DNA of 20,000 bases. Source: an uncultured virus (IMG/VR IMGVR_UViG_3300042863_000355). Its lineage: Duplodnaviria; Heunggongvirae; Uroviricota; Caudoviricetes. Under the pieces are notes generated by a model. The model had not been told where the DNA came from and searched no databases. It saw only the letters and a program-made list of their open reading frames with translations. The stretch is taken from the IMG/VR virus record IMGVR_UViG_3300042863_000355; one strand, written 5' to 3'. A program made the position numbers and the translations under genes. Positions 1 to 7,637 of this stretch are shown piece by piece (the stretch's first letter is position 1; every line of letters begins with the position of its first letter).

Positions 1-664
1 TACTATGGCAAATGCGCCAGTTGGTAAAACGAATACAGCAAAGCCTGGTAATCCTAATGTAACAACACCTCCGCCGGCGGCTACTAATATGGCAAGTGCG
101 CCAGTAAGCAAAACGAATACAGCAAAGCCTGGTAATCCTAATTTACCAGCACCAACCCCAAAGCGCACAGGTGGAAGAGCAGCAGGGGCACCATTAAGTC
201 AAACACCTAATGCTATTAGAAAACGTGCTGCAAGACTAAAAGAAGACGGTGAATTTCTTACTGAGCTTAAATCTATACAAGATTTTCCTGCATGGATTGA
301 TTCACAAATTCCTGGATTAGCAAGTGCAAAACAAGATCCGGCTATAAAAGCAAAGTTAGATCAAGCATTTTCTGCATTATCTGCCGCAAAAAATAATCCC
401 GATGCATTATCAAAGGCATTTGATAATTATGTGGCAATAGCTAATCAAGCAATGACTCAAAGTGGGCAACAAGATACACAACAAGGTACACACCAAGTTA
501 CATCATCTTCTGGGGTTCCTCCGTCGCAACAAGATAGAATGAATGCAAATTTAACTAAGTTAATCCCGCCAGATACTGCTAAACAATTACAACAACAAAT
601 ACGTAGAAAGGAATTGACCCCGGACGCATTGATACATTATCTTGAAAATCCAACCGGGTATTAA
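1..664 (+). CDS. Hypothetical protein, Pro/Ala/Gln-rich, probably 5'-truncated by the window edge
   Basis: The frame is open to the window start. The ATG at 5 is the first codon of a repeat unit (MANAPVGKTNTAKPGNPN / MASAPVSKTNTAKPGNPN), so it may be internal. Stop TAA at 662-664. Confidence 0.7.
   Translation, partial: TMANAPVGKTNTAKPGNPNVTTPPPAATNMASAPVSKTNTAKPGNPNLPAPTPKRTGGRAAGAPLSQTPNAIRKRAARLKEDGEFLTELKSIQDFPAWIDSQIPGLASAKQDPAIKAKLDQAFSALSAAKNNPDALSKAFDNYVAIANQAMTQSGQQDTQQGTHQVTSSSGVPPSQQDRMNANLTKLIPPDTAKQLQQQIRRKELTPDALIHYLENPTGY
5..142 (+). repeat. Intragenic direct repeat, 54-bp unit, 84-bp period
   Basis: 5-58 and 89-142 are near identical (atggcaaRtgcgccagt...aaaacgaatacagcaaagcctggtaatcctaat). 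Confidence 0.9.
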
Positions 665-666
665 TC

Positions 667-2232
667 ATGAATAATATGTTTAAAAATGGCGACGGTCAAT
701 CAATTACCCAACGTATCAATCAAACTGATGTTAAGACAACGTTATCTTGGCTTGAGCAGATGGTGGATCTTGATTTAATAAACAATTTGTCTAATGCTGA
801 TGAGCATAGTTTAGGAAAATTAGAGTTAACAATAGACTCTAATAAGATATCCCCTGATCAACTAATGGCTGAAATAACACAATGGTGTAATAGCCATGAA
901 CTGAAAGCAAGAGAATATGTAAAAAACTCAGGTTCGAGAATTTATTTTAGAACTCCTATTAACGGCAATCCTGCTAATGGGTACGTACAAACTGATTTTA
1001 GTTTCGTGACACCTAATGAAACTCACAATGAATCAGATATAAACTTTTTATCTAGATTACGTGATCGCATAGTTAACCAAGGTATGCTAAAATTAATTGA
1101 ATCAGATGAAGCCAAAATTAACGGTGGCAGAGCAAAAGGCATTGATCACATTGAAGATTTAGTATTTAGAAAAGGCACTAGCGGCATTAAAGATGCTTTG
1201 ACACATATTAAACATTTGATTAATGATACTGCAAGTAGTGCTACCGTAAAATGGGATGGCAAACCAGCCATTGTATTTGGTAGAGATGACGACGGTGAAT
1301 TTGTACTTACTGATATCAGTGGGTTCACTGCAACTGGGTATAATGGATTATTTACAAGTCCTGCTCATATTACTGAGAGGTTGTCTAATCGCGACAGTAA
1401 GTCAGCGACAATGGGAAAATTAGAGAATCGCGTAGAAGAACTTGGTCCAGTATACGAAATGCTATGGCCTATGTTAGAACAAGCTGTTCCTAGAAATTTC
1501 AAAGGTTTTGTACAAGGCGATTTACTTTATACTGAAACTCCAGATGAAGAATCTGGGGCATTAGTGTTTAAACCTAATACAATTGAATATAAGATTCCTG
1601 TTTCTTCTGATCTAGGTGAGGCAATTGCCAGTAGTCAAGTGGGTATTGCCATACATACTTACTATAAAGAACATCGTGCATCTAAGCAGCCTATTGGAAA
1701 AATGAAATTTAAATCAGTTCCAGGACTATTGTTAATTGAGCCAGTTAAACCAAAAGAAAATATTAAACCTACTGATTCAAGTTTACTTAGAGAATTACGT
1801 GAGTTATTAAAAGAAGGTGGAGCGTCTATTGATACATTGTTTAACCCAGCAGAACTTAGACAATTACAAATCAGTGACTTACCTCGGCTATGCGTAGATT
1901 ATATTAACAGCATAGTAAAAGATGAACTTGAGTCTAATTTTGATATTGATACATTACTCCCGCAGTTTGGAGAATGGTTAAAAGATCACGTAAGACCAAG
2001 AAAATATAACAATATAGTAGAATACTTACAAAGTCCACGTTCTAATATGATGGGTATTAGTGCAGCATTTGCGGCGTTTGTATTGATACACGAAATTAAG
2101 CTAGATTTACTACAACAGTTAGATCGTCAACACCCTGGGCACGAAGGCTGGGTAATTGCTACTCCTGGCGGACTTACTAAATTTGTTAATAGATTCGGGT
2201 TTACTAGAAATAACATTCAAAATAACGCATAA
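667..2232 (+). CDS. Fusion of a degenerate Pol-beta-like N-terminal domain and an ATP-dependent ligase/covalent nucleotidyltransferase-like domain (DUF6267-like phage family)
   Basis: TVKWDG (motif I, nt 1249-1260), VQGDLLY (III-like), EGWV (IV) and TKFV (V-like). The N-terminus resembles ORF 16195-17139. Confidence 0.6.
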   Translation: MNNMFKNGDGQSITQRINQTDVKTTLSWLEQMVDLDLINNLSNADEHSLGKLELTIDSNKISPDQLMAEITQWCNSHELKAREYVKNSGSRIYFRTPINGNPANGYVQTDFSFVTPNETHNESDINFLSRLRDRIVNQGMLKLIESDEAKINGGRAKGIDHIEDLVFRKGTSGIKDALTHIKHLINDTASSATVKWDGKPAIVFGRDDDGEFVLTDISGFTATGYNGLFTSPAHITERLSNRDSKSATMGKLENRVEELGPVYEMLWPMLEQAVPRNFKGFVQGDLLYTETPDEESGALVFKPNTIEYKIPVSSDLGEAIASSQVGIAIHTYYKEHRASKQPIGKMKFKSVPGLLLIEPVKPKENIKPTDSSLLRELRELLKEGGASIDTLFNPAELRQLQISDLPRLCVDYINSIVKDELESNFDIDTLLPQFGEWLKDHVRPRKYNNIVEYLQSPRSNMMGISAAFAAFVLIHEIKLDLLQQLDRQHPGHEGWVIATPGGLTKFVNRFGFTRNNIQNNA

Positions 2233-2265
2233 ATCTAAACCAAAACCACACTTTTTTATCTTCTA

Positions 2266-2273
2266 ACTAAATA
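2266..2273 (+). promoter_or_regulatory. Putative late promoter ACTAAATA
   Basis: Resembles the T4 late promoter TATAAATA. Intergenic, upstream of SD AGGAG (2301-2305). Confidence 0.65.
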
Positions 2274-2312
2274 CTAGTAGGACCTCAGAGTCCATCAACT
2301 AGGAGATTTAAA

Positions 2313-2753
2313 ATGGCATCAATTCCATTAGTATCAGGTGGTTCACAACCAGTATTCGCAACTGACACGCTTAACGGCCCACAGTTAGCAGCAAACGCAA
2401 CATACGCACCAACCGGTGTACCAGTTAACTTCATGGGTCCAAAACTGGACTTCTTCGGAGTAGACTTGGGTGCTGATCCTTCAGCACAAGCCGGCGTTAA
2501 CGGAGCAATCCAGACAATTTTACAAACTATTCAGCAAACAGCAACTATCGCAATTTATCAAGTTGCTGCTACTGCTAACGTTACAAACTTGTCATTAGCT
2601 GTATATCCAACAGCAGCTTACACAGCAGCTACATTGCAAGCAGCTATTCGCACATGTGGTTCGAACGTAGCTGGTACAGGATATGACGCTTCTGGTGCTA
2701 CAGTAACAGACGTAGGTTTCCGTTTAGCTTCATCAGCTACAACAGCATCCTAA
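2313..2753 (+). CDS. Putative virion structural protein, Ala/Thr-rich
   Basis: Has its own late-type promoter, strong SD and terminator. Low-charge Ala/Thr/Gly composition. Function is inferred. Confidence 0.6.
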   Translation: MASIPLVSGGSQPVFATDTLNGPQLAANATYAPTGVPVNFMGPKLDFFGVDLGADPSAQAGVNGAIQTILQTIQQTATIAIYQVAATANVTNLSLAVYPTAAYTAATLQAAIRTCGSNVAGTGYDASGATVTDVGFRLASSATTAS

Positions 2754-2778
2754 TTTTAAAGTTACCTTTAAAAACACT

Positions 2779-2801
2779 AAACCCGCTTTTGCGGGTTTTT
2801 T
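2779..2801 (+). terminator. Rho-independent terminator
   Basis: aaACCCGC-tttt-GCGGGT followed by TTTTT. Confidence 0.9.
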
Positions 2802-2820
2802 GTTGAGTATATTTTTCAAG

Positions 2821-2828
2821 ACTAAGTA
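2821..2828 (+). promoter_or_regulatory. Putative late promoter variant ACTAAGTA
   Basis: Lies between the terminator and SD AAGGAG (2863-2868). Confidence 0.5.
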
Positions 2829-2874
2829 ATATTGCTCGTGTTTTAAACACACACATTCACACAAGGAGAAAACT

Positions 2875-3126
2875 ATGAGCAAAACACCTTATGAGATTCG
2901 TCTCGAACTTTTAAAGCTGGCAAAAGATTCATTATATGAGCCAGTATTCCAAAAACGACAAAATCTTATGGACGAATTTATGTCCAAACGAGAAGTCTTT
3001 GTTGGAGTAGAAGGTCCTACTGAAGAACAGTTAGCATTACAGTTTCCGATTATGCCAGCTTTTCCCAGTACAGATATGATTATTGAAGAAGCTGAAAAAC
3101 TTAATCAGTTCGTAAGTAAGCCATAA
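2875..3126 (+). CDS. Small phage hypothetical protein (TPYEIRLELLKLAK...IIEEAEKLNQFVS type)
   Basis: Strong SD, flanked by terminators. The motif pattern is recalled from T4-like phage hypotheticals. Confidence 0.8.
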   Translation: MSKTPYEIRLELLKLAKDSLYEPVFQKRQNLMDEFMSKREVFVGVEGPTEEQLALQFPIMPAFPSTDMIIEEAEKLNQFVSKP

Positions 3127-3129
3127 TTA

Positions 3130-3151
3130 AAGGCCCCGCAAGGGGCTTTTT
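3130..3151 (+). terminator. Rho-independent terminator
   Basis: aagGCCCC-GCAA-GGGGC followed by TTTTT, with a GNRA loop. Confidence 0.9.
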
Positions 3152-3189
3152 GTTGACACATATTTTAATTAGTTAAATACACATATATT

Positions 3190-3435
3190 ATGATGGTCAA
3201 CAAAATAACAGAGTTAACAATTTTTGAAAGTCCAGATGGCGGACGTACTGTGTATGTGCGTAAACCTGGTGAAGAAACGCGGCATTTGCACTCTAAAAAT
3301 GAAATCCACGAAAAAGAAAAAGTTGAATACGAACGTTGGTTAAACATTTTTAATGCTAGACGTAATAACACAGCACTTAATGATGTATGTTTGCAAGCTG
3401 AAATATTGTATGAACTATCTAAGAATCCAGAATGA
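3190..3435 (+). CDS. Phage hypothetical protein (IFESPDGGRTVYVR motif)
   Basis: Preceded by GTTAAATA (3172-3179). ATGA overlap with the next gene. Confidence 0.75.
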   Translation: MMVNKITELTIFESPDGGRTVYVRKPGEETRHLHSKNEIHEKEKVEYERWLNIFNARRNNTALNDVCLQAEILYELSKNPE

Positions 3436-3845
3436 GATTCTCTTGCAAAACTTTATTTGACATTACTGCCACAGGTGTTACTGGACATTACAAATCTTCT
3501 CGTGTTCCGTTTAAAGATTTAGCAGATGCTGAAATAACAAATGAAATAGCTTGGAATAGATCTAGAAATCAACAACGTAACTGGGAAACATTGACACAAT
3601 TGATAGGGTTACGTACTCAAATTGCTAAACTAGATCGTCCTGAAGAAAATTCGCAAGTATGGAGTTTTGAATTTGAAGTAGATGCTCCTTATGTGTTTGG
3701 TCCTGAGGAAAACCCTACTGAAATGCTACTATCTGATTGTAATGGTGTTCCTATGTTAATAAATCTTGAAAATAAAGTAGATTTAGAACCCTTTTTGATA
3801 GTAAATGGGATTAATCAAAATATATGGTTTAACTTATTATACTAA
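3432..3845 (+). CDS. Phage hypothetical protein (TLFDITATG / RNQQRNWET motifs)
   Basis: 137-aa ORF coupled to the upstream gene by an ATGA overlap. Confidence 0.75.
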   Translation: MRFSCKTLFDITATGVTGHYKSSRVPFKDLADAEITNEIAWNRSRNQQRNWETLTQLIGLRTQIAKLDRPEENSQVWSFEFEVDAPYVFGPEENPTEMLLSDCNGVPMLINLENKVDLEPFLIVNGINQNIWFNLLY

Positions 3846-3848
3846 ATA
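3841..3848 (+). promoter_or_regulatory. Putative late promoter ACTAAATA
   Basis: Overlaps the upstream stop codon. SD GAGG follows before ATG 3867. Confidence 0.6.
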
Positions 3849-3866
3849 CACTAACGAGGAAACATT

Positions 3867-4130
3867 ATGGTTGAGCCCACTGATATTGAGAAAAAAAGTT
3901 TAGAAGCGCATGTTGAACTATGTGCTGAGCGTTATAATGCCCTTGAAAATAAAATAGCCACAGTAGATAGTAAAATTACCCATCTGTGCGCTGAGGTAAC
4001 TGATGTAAAAGACACTTTGAAAAAAATGTCTGAAAAAAACAATGACCGTTTAATCACATGGGGTATTGGAATTATTGCTACTTTAGTTGCAATAGTTGGA
4101 TACTTTATATCACACTACATTATAAAATGA
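3867..4130 (+). CDS. Coiled-coil protein with a C-terminal transmembrane helix (XhlA/holin-like architecture)
   Basis: Heptad-like helical region followed by hydrophobic LITWGIGIIATLVAIVGYFI. Confidence 0.6.
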   Translation: MVEPTDIEKKSLEAHVELCAERYNALENKIATVDSKITHLCAEVTDVKDTLKKMSEKNNDRLITWGIGIIATLVAIVGYFISHYIIK

Positions 4131-4624
4131 CAACAGAATTTGAAATGGACAAAGCCTTTAGGAAAGAATTCCCAAAGATATTAACTAATCTTATTTTTCC
4201 AAATAAGGATGGTAGCTTTGAAGTTTTTGGAAGATATGTAATAAAGAAAGAAAACGCGGTATGCCGGGTTTATTGTACTGATACAGATATAGGTGTTTTT
4301 ACCAGTACAAAAACAGCACTAAGCTGGTGTATAGCTACAAAATTTGCTAATTATAATTTAGCAAGAGATATATTAATTTTGGATAATAAATTAAGATCTT
4401 TAACTAACGACATTAACACAAGAGCTAACGTAGCGGATCGTAGTAAAAATTCGTTATTTCGTGAAACTGTGGAAACAAAGTTAGAAACTAAAATTATCCA
4501 TAAGAAACAGGTTGAGCAACAATTAACCAAATGCGTCAATTACGCTAAATACTATCAACAAAAAGGATTTAATAATGAAAATGTTCGAACTGGCCGCGAT
4601 CAAGCCATCAAAACAAGCCGCTAA
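4127..4624 (+). CDS. Hypothetical protein (start revised to 4127)
   Basis: ATG 4127 forms an ATGA overlap with the upstream stop. The track start at 4058 lies inside the upstream gene. Confidence 0.7.
   Translation: MTTEFEMDKAFRKEFPKILTNLIFPNKDGSFEVFGRYVIKKENAVCRVYCTDTDIGVFTSTKTALSWCIATKFANYNLARDILILDNKLRSLTNDINTRANVADRSKNSLFRETVETKLETKIIHKKQVEQQLTKCVNYAKYYQQKGFNNENVRTGRDQAIKTSR
4544..4551 (+). promoter_or_regulatory. Putative late promoter GCTAAATA inside the upstream CDS
   Basis: Followed by SD AAGGA (4563-4567) and ATG 4575. Confidence 0.55.
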
Positions 4625-5549
4625 GGTATACGAGAGTTATTTCGGAGACAGCATTAATGTTGACGTAATTTCCCCAAAACAAGCTCGTACAATGCTTAAT
4701 AAAGTACAAAAGCTAGTAACTGAGCATCGTTCCACTCCGGCTTTTCATCATAGCGAAAAAAATCCAACTTATTTAAAGTTGATGATGTTAGAGCGTGTGT
4801 TAAAGGCTAAAGTAAAAGAAACTGCTACTATAGGTGTTGGCGATGCTGCTGGCGCTGATAAAAATACAGCACAAAACGCTGCTCAAAATGCAGAAGCTAA
4901 GCCTAACGCCAATGTCGTTGCAGGAGATGCTGCTGCTAAACAAAAAATGCAACAGCAAGTTAATACTATTTCTGATCCTAAACTTAAATCAGCTATGCAA
5001 AAAGCCTCGCAAGGCCAAGCAATGAATACTGATGACCAAAAATTAGTTGCTCAAGCTGCACTACAAACAGAAAGCAAAGCAATGCGTCGTCAGTTATATC
5101 GTGTATTGCGCGAATCAGAAGTTCAGCAAGCCCAAGTTGTATTAGCTGCTAAAGCTATGACCGATGATATTCAAACAATGTTAGAAGAAGTATCCAGTAT
5201 GCAATTTAAAGATTTGCCAGCATTAGCCGACGAAATGAAAAATCAAATCGGTGTTGACCAAGCTATGCAATTCAATACTGATGTAACTGCGGTACTTGCT
5301 GGCTTAGTACAGAATCTACAGGCAGCTAAACAACAAATGGATCAAGCATTGGGTGTAGTTACTGGACAACAAGCAGCTCCAATTCCTGGGCAAGAACCTG
5401 AACTAGGTGCTGAACCTGAACTAGGTGCTGAACCTGGTATGGACGCTGAGCCCGATATGGACGCTGAGCCTAGTTTAGATGCTGAACCTGAGTTAGGTGC
5501 TGAAGAACCTGGTATGGATGGCGCCGGCCTTGGTCGCGCTAAACGTTAA
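4575..5549 (+). CDS. Putative prohead core/scaffold-like or internal head protein
   Basis: Helical and Ala/Gln-rich, with an acidic Pro-rich repeat tail, a basic C-terminus (LGRAKR) and a late-type promoter. Function is inferred. Confidence 0.5.
   Translation: MKMFELAAIKPSKQAAKVYESYFGDSINVDVISPKQARTMLNKVQKLVTEHRSTPAFHHSEKNPTYLKLMMLERVLKAKVKETATIGVGDAAGADKNTAQNAAQNAEAKPNANVVAGDAAAKQKMQQQVNTISDPKLKSAMQKASQGQAMNTDDQKLVAQAALQTESKAMRRQLYRVLRESEVQQAQVVLAAKAMTDDIQTMLEEVSSMQFKDLPALADEMKNQIGVDQAMQFNTDVTAVLAGLVQNLQAAKQQMDQALGVVTGQQAAPIPGQEPELGAEPELGAEPGMDAEPDMDAEPSLDAEPELGAEEPGMDGAGLGRAKR
5394..5519 (+). repeat. 18-bp degenerate tandem repeat, about 7 units, encoding EPELGA/EPGMDA
   Basis: gaacctgaactaggtgct x2, then gaacctggtatggacgct, gagcccgatatggacgct, gagcctagtttagatgct, gaacctgagttaggtgct and a partial unit. 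Confidence 0.9.
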
Positions 5550-5917
5550 TGTTAATTTTTGAAGTAGAAAATCCTGAACCAGTAGATACCGGCAAGTTAA
5601 TGGCCCTTGTACAATTTTTGTCAGGCCGTGCCGAGGATACTGGTTCAAAAAAACAAATATCTACCAAAGCATTTATTGAACTGGCACAAAGTATCGGGGT
5701 TAATGTTACCGCAGATATTAGCGGTCCTAATAGCATAGCTGAATTGATTGCCAGAGAACCACTAAACAAAATTTTACAACCTATCGACCCAACAACTCCA
5801 GACATAATTAAATATGCAGGAAATGATGAATCAGGACAGGATCAAATGGATCCAGCTGACTCTGAACAAGTAGTAGCAGCCAACGCTAAGTCTGCTATGA
5901 AAGGATTTGGCAAATAA
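5549..5917 (+). CDS. Hypothetical acidic protein, possibly head-associated
   Basis: TAATG overlap with the upstream gene. N-terminus MLIFEV. Confidence 0.7.
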   Translation: MLIFEVENPEPVDTGKLMALVQFLSGRAEDTGSKKQISTKAFIELAQSIGVNVTADISGPNSIAELIAREPLNKILQPIDPTTPDIIKYAGNDESGQDQMDPADSEQVVAANAKSAMKGFGK

Positions 5918-5931
5918 ATCTATCAAATCGG

Positions 5932-5960
5932 TTGACAATTAACTTAAAACTAAGTACAAT
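5932..5960 (+). promoter_or_regulatory. Sigma70-type promoter
   Basis: TTGACA (5932-5937), 17 bp, TACAAT (5955-5960). Overlaps ACTAAGTA (5949-5956). Confidence 0.8.
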
Positions 5961-5992
5961 CAATTTACGTAACTTAACTAACGGAGTTCAAA

Positions 5993-6391
5993 ATGAAAAA
6001 ACTTATTTTAACATTACTAGTGGCAACATCATTATTACACTCGGCTCCATCATATTCATGGAATCGCGGTGGTAACGGGTACCAAAATGGGTACAACGGA
6101 TATCGCGGCGGTTACAATAACGGATATCGCGGCGGCTATAATAATAATTGGATTGCTCCGGCTATCGGTGGGTTAATTATAGGTGGTGTAGTTGGTGCTC
6201 TTGCACAACCATACTATGCCCCGGCTCCGATATATAATCAAGCTCCTCCAGTATACTATCCTCCTGTCCAAGCTCCTCCAGTATACTATCCTCCTGTCCA
6301 AGCTCCATCGGCTGCACCTGCAGGATACCGTCAGGAACAAATGTTAGATGTAAATTGTAACTGTTATGTTACTGTATTAGTACCAAATTAA
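5993..6391 (+). CDS. Secreted/membrane protein with Gly-Tyr-Asn and Pro-rich repeats
   Basis: Signal peptide MKKLILTLLVATSLL..., a glycine-zipper-like helix WIAPAIGGLIIGGVVGALA, and a C-terminal CNC. SD GGAG. Confidence 0.8.
   Translation: MKKLILTLLVATSLLHSAPSYSWNRGGNGYQNGYNGYRGGYNNGYRGGYNNNWIAPAIGGLIIGGVVGALAQPYYAPAPIYNQAPPVYYPPVQAPPVYYPPVQAPSAAPAGYRQEQMLDVNCNCYVTVLVPN
6095..6142 (+). repeat. 24-bp tandem repeat x2 (NGYRGGYN)
   Basis: aacggatatcgcggcggttacaat / aacggatatcgcggcggctataat. Confidence 0.85.
6239..6306 (+). repeat. Perfect 30-bp tandem duplication plus partial unit (QAPPVYYPPV)
   Basis: caagctcctccagtatactatcctcctgtc x2, then caagctcc. Confidence 0.95.
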
Positions 6392-6412
6392 TGAATTTGA
6401 GCGTGACAATAC

Positions 6413-6441
6413 TTTGAATTTGATTCAAGTATAAGTATAAT
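6413..6441 (+). promoter_or_regulatory. Probable promoter: sigma70-like, overlapping late-like TATAAGTA
   Basis: TTGAAT (6414-6419), 16 bp, TATAAT (6436-6441). TATAAGTA at 6430-6437. Confidence 0.5.
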
Positions 6442-6467
6442 AGTAATACTACAAAAGGAGATTTATC

Positions 6468-6584
6468 ATGTTTGAAACATTATTATGGCTTGCTGTAGGA
6501 GCATTTATTGGGTGGAATTTCCCACAACCAGATTTTGCTAAAAGCATTCAAGCAAAACTAACTGCATTAATCAAAGGCAAATAA
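6468..6584 (+). CDS. 38-aa small membrane protein, not in the ORF track
   Basis: SD AAGGAG (6455-6460). Translates as MFETLLWLAVGAFIGWNFPQPDFAKSIQAKLTALIKGK*. Fills the gap before iscU. Confidence 0.85.
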   Translation: MFETLLWLAVGAFIGWNFPQPDFAKSIQAKLTALIKGK

Positions 6585-6593
6585 AAAACTAAC

Positions 6594-7034
6594 ATGGCTT
6601 ATAGCGAAAAAGTTTTAGATCATTATGAGAATCCTCGCAATGTAGGGTCCTTTACTAAAGACGAAGATAACGTTGGCACTGGTATGGTGGGTGCACCTGC
6701 TTGTGGTGACGTGATGAAGTTACAGATAAAGGTCAAAAATGGCATTATCACGGATGCAAAATTTAAAACATATGGTTGCGGATCAGCAATCGCAAGCTCC
6801 TCTTTGGTCACTGAGTGGGTCAAAGGAAAATCTCTTGAAGATGCTGGACGAATTAGAAATACAGACATTGCCCAAGAATTGGCACTTCCACCCGTTAAAA
6901 TCCATTGTTCAATTCTCGCAGAAGATGCGATCAAAGCAGCCGTAGCAGATTATATAAGCAAACATGATACACAAAATACTGAAGTGGCCGGATCCATCAC
7001 TACTAAAAACATGCCAACCGTGGGACTTCAGTAA
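6594..7034 (+). CDS. iscU: Fe-S cluster scaffold protein IscU
   Basis: MAYSEKVLDHYENPRNVG, GAPACGDVM, FKTYGCGSAIASSS and LPPVKIHCS. Confidence 0.97.
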   Translation: MAYSEKVLDHYENPRNVGSFTKDEDNVGTGMVGAPACGDVMKLQIKVKNGIITDAKFKTYGCGSAIASSSLVTEWVKGKSLEDAGRIRNTDIAQELALPPVKIHCSILAEDAIKAAVADYISKHDTQNTEVAGSITTKNMPTVGLQ

Positions 7035-7455
7035 CCCTCCTGTTGAAAACATAAGTCAAGATCTTCTTGACACTATGAATAGTCAGATGGCGCTCGGACT
7101 TGCTGCTAATCAAATAGGTATTTTATACCGCGTTATTGCCATGAATATTCAAAATGGCGTCTTTGCTGGCCAACAATTGGTGTTAGTAAATCCAGAAATA
7201 CATAAATTATCAGGAGAATTTTGGGAACATAGAGAAGGATGTCTAAGTTTTCCCAGAATAGATCTTACTATCACTAGACCCAAATATGTATATGCACGTT
7301 GGAGAGATATCACTGGCGGCGAACATAGTACCGTATTCAGTGAGATTGATGCTAAATGTTTCCTACATGAAATAGATCATCTAGATGGCAAAGTGTTTAA
7401 AGATTACGTAAGTGATTTAAAATTTATGCTAGCAGCTAAAAAGGCAAAAAAATAA
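6964..7455 (+). CDS. def: Peptide deformylase
   Basis: Motifs (A)LGLAANQ, EGCLS and HEIDH. Confidence 0.95.
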   Translation: MIHKILKWPDPSLLKTCQPWDFSNPPVENISQDLLDTMNSQMALGLAANQIGILYRVIAMNIQNGVFAGQQLVLVNPEIHKLSGEFWEHREGCLSFPRIDLTITRPKYVYARWRDITGGEHSTVFSEIDAKCFLHEIDHLDGKVFKDYVSDLKFMLAAKKAKK

Positions 7456-7637
7456 TGGATTTGAAAGAAAAAAAAGCATTGGATACTAGATTTCAGTTTT
7501 TAGTAAACGAAATTTGTAATGTATCTCCTGCAACTCGCAGTGAATTTCCCATGAAAGCATACCATGCTAAGACTCGTTTAGCGACACTTAGGGAAGAATT
7601 GTCCAAGGAAATTTCTGAACTAATGGAAAAATTATAA
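7455..7637 (+). CDS. 60-aa hypothetical protein
   Basis: TAATG overlaps on both sides, exactly filling the def-iscA gap. Confidence 0.65.
   Translation: MDLKEKKALDTRFQFLVNEICNVSPATRSEFPMKAYHAKTRLATLREELSKEISELMEKL

Noticed and set aside
3153..3181. TTGACA as a sigma70 -35 box
   Set aside because: There is no good -10 box at 16-18 bp. TAAATA sits at 15 bp and fits the late motif better.
4058..4126. ORF-track start at 4058
   Set aside because: It lies inside the upstream membrane-protein gene. ATG 4127 with an ATGA overlap is more plausible.
5394..6306. Repeats as a possible CRISPR array, with the 8003 nuclease as Cas4
   Set aside because: The repeats are in-frame tandem coding units without spacers. 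The nuclease lacks the four-Cys Fe-S pattern of Cas4.
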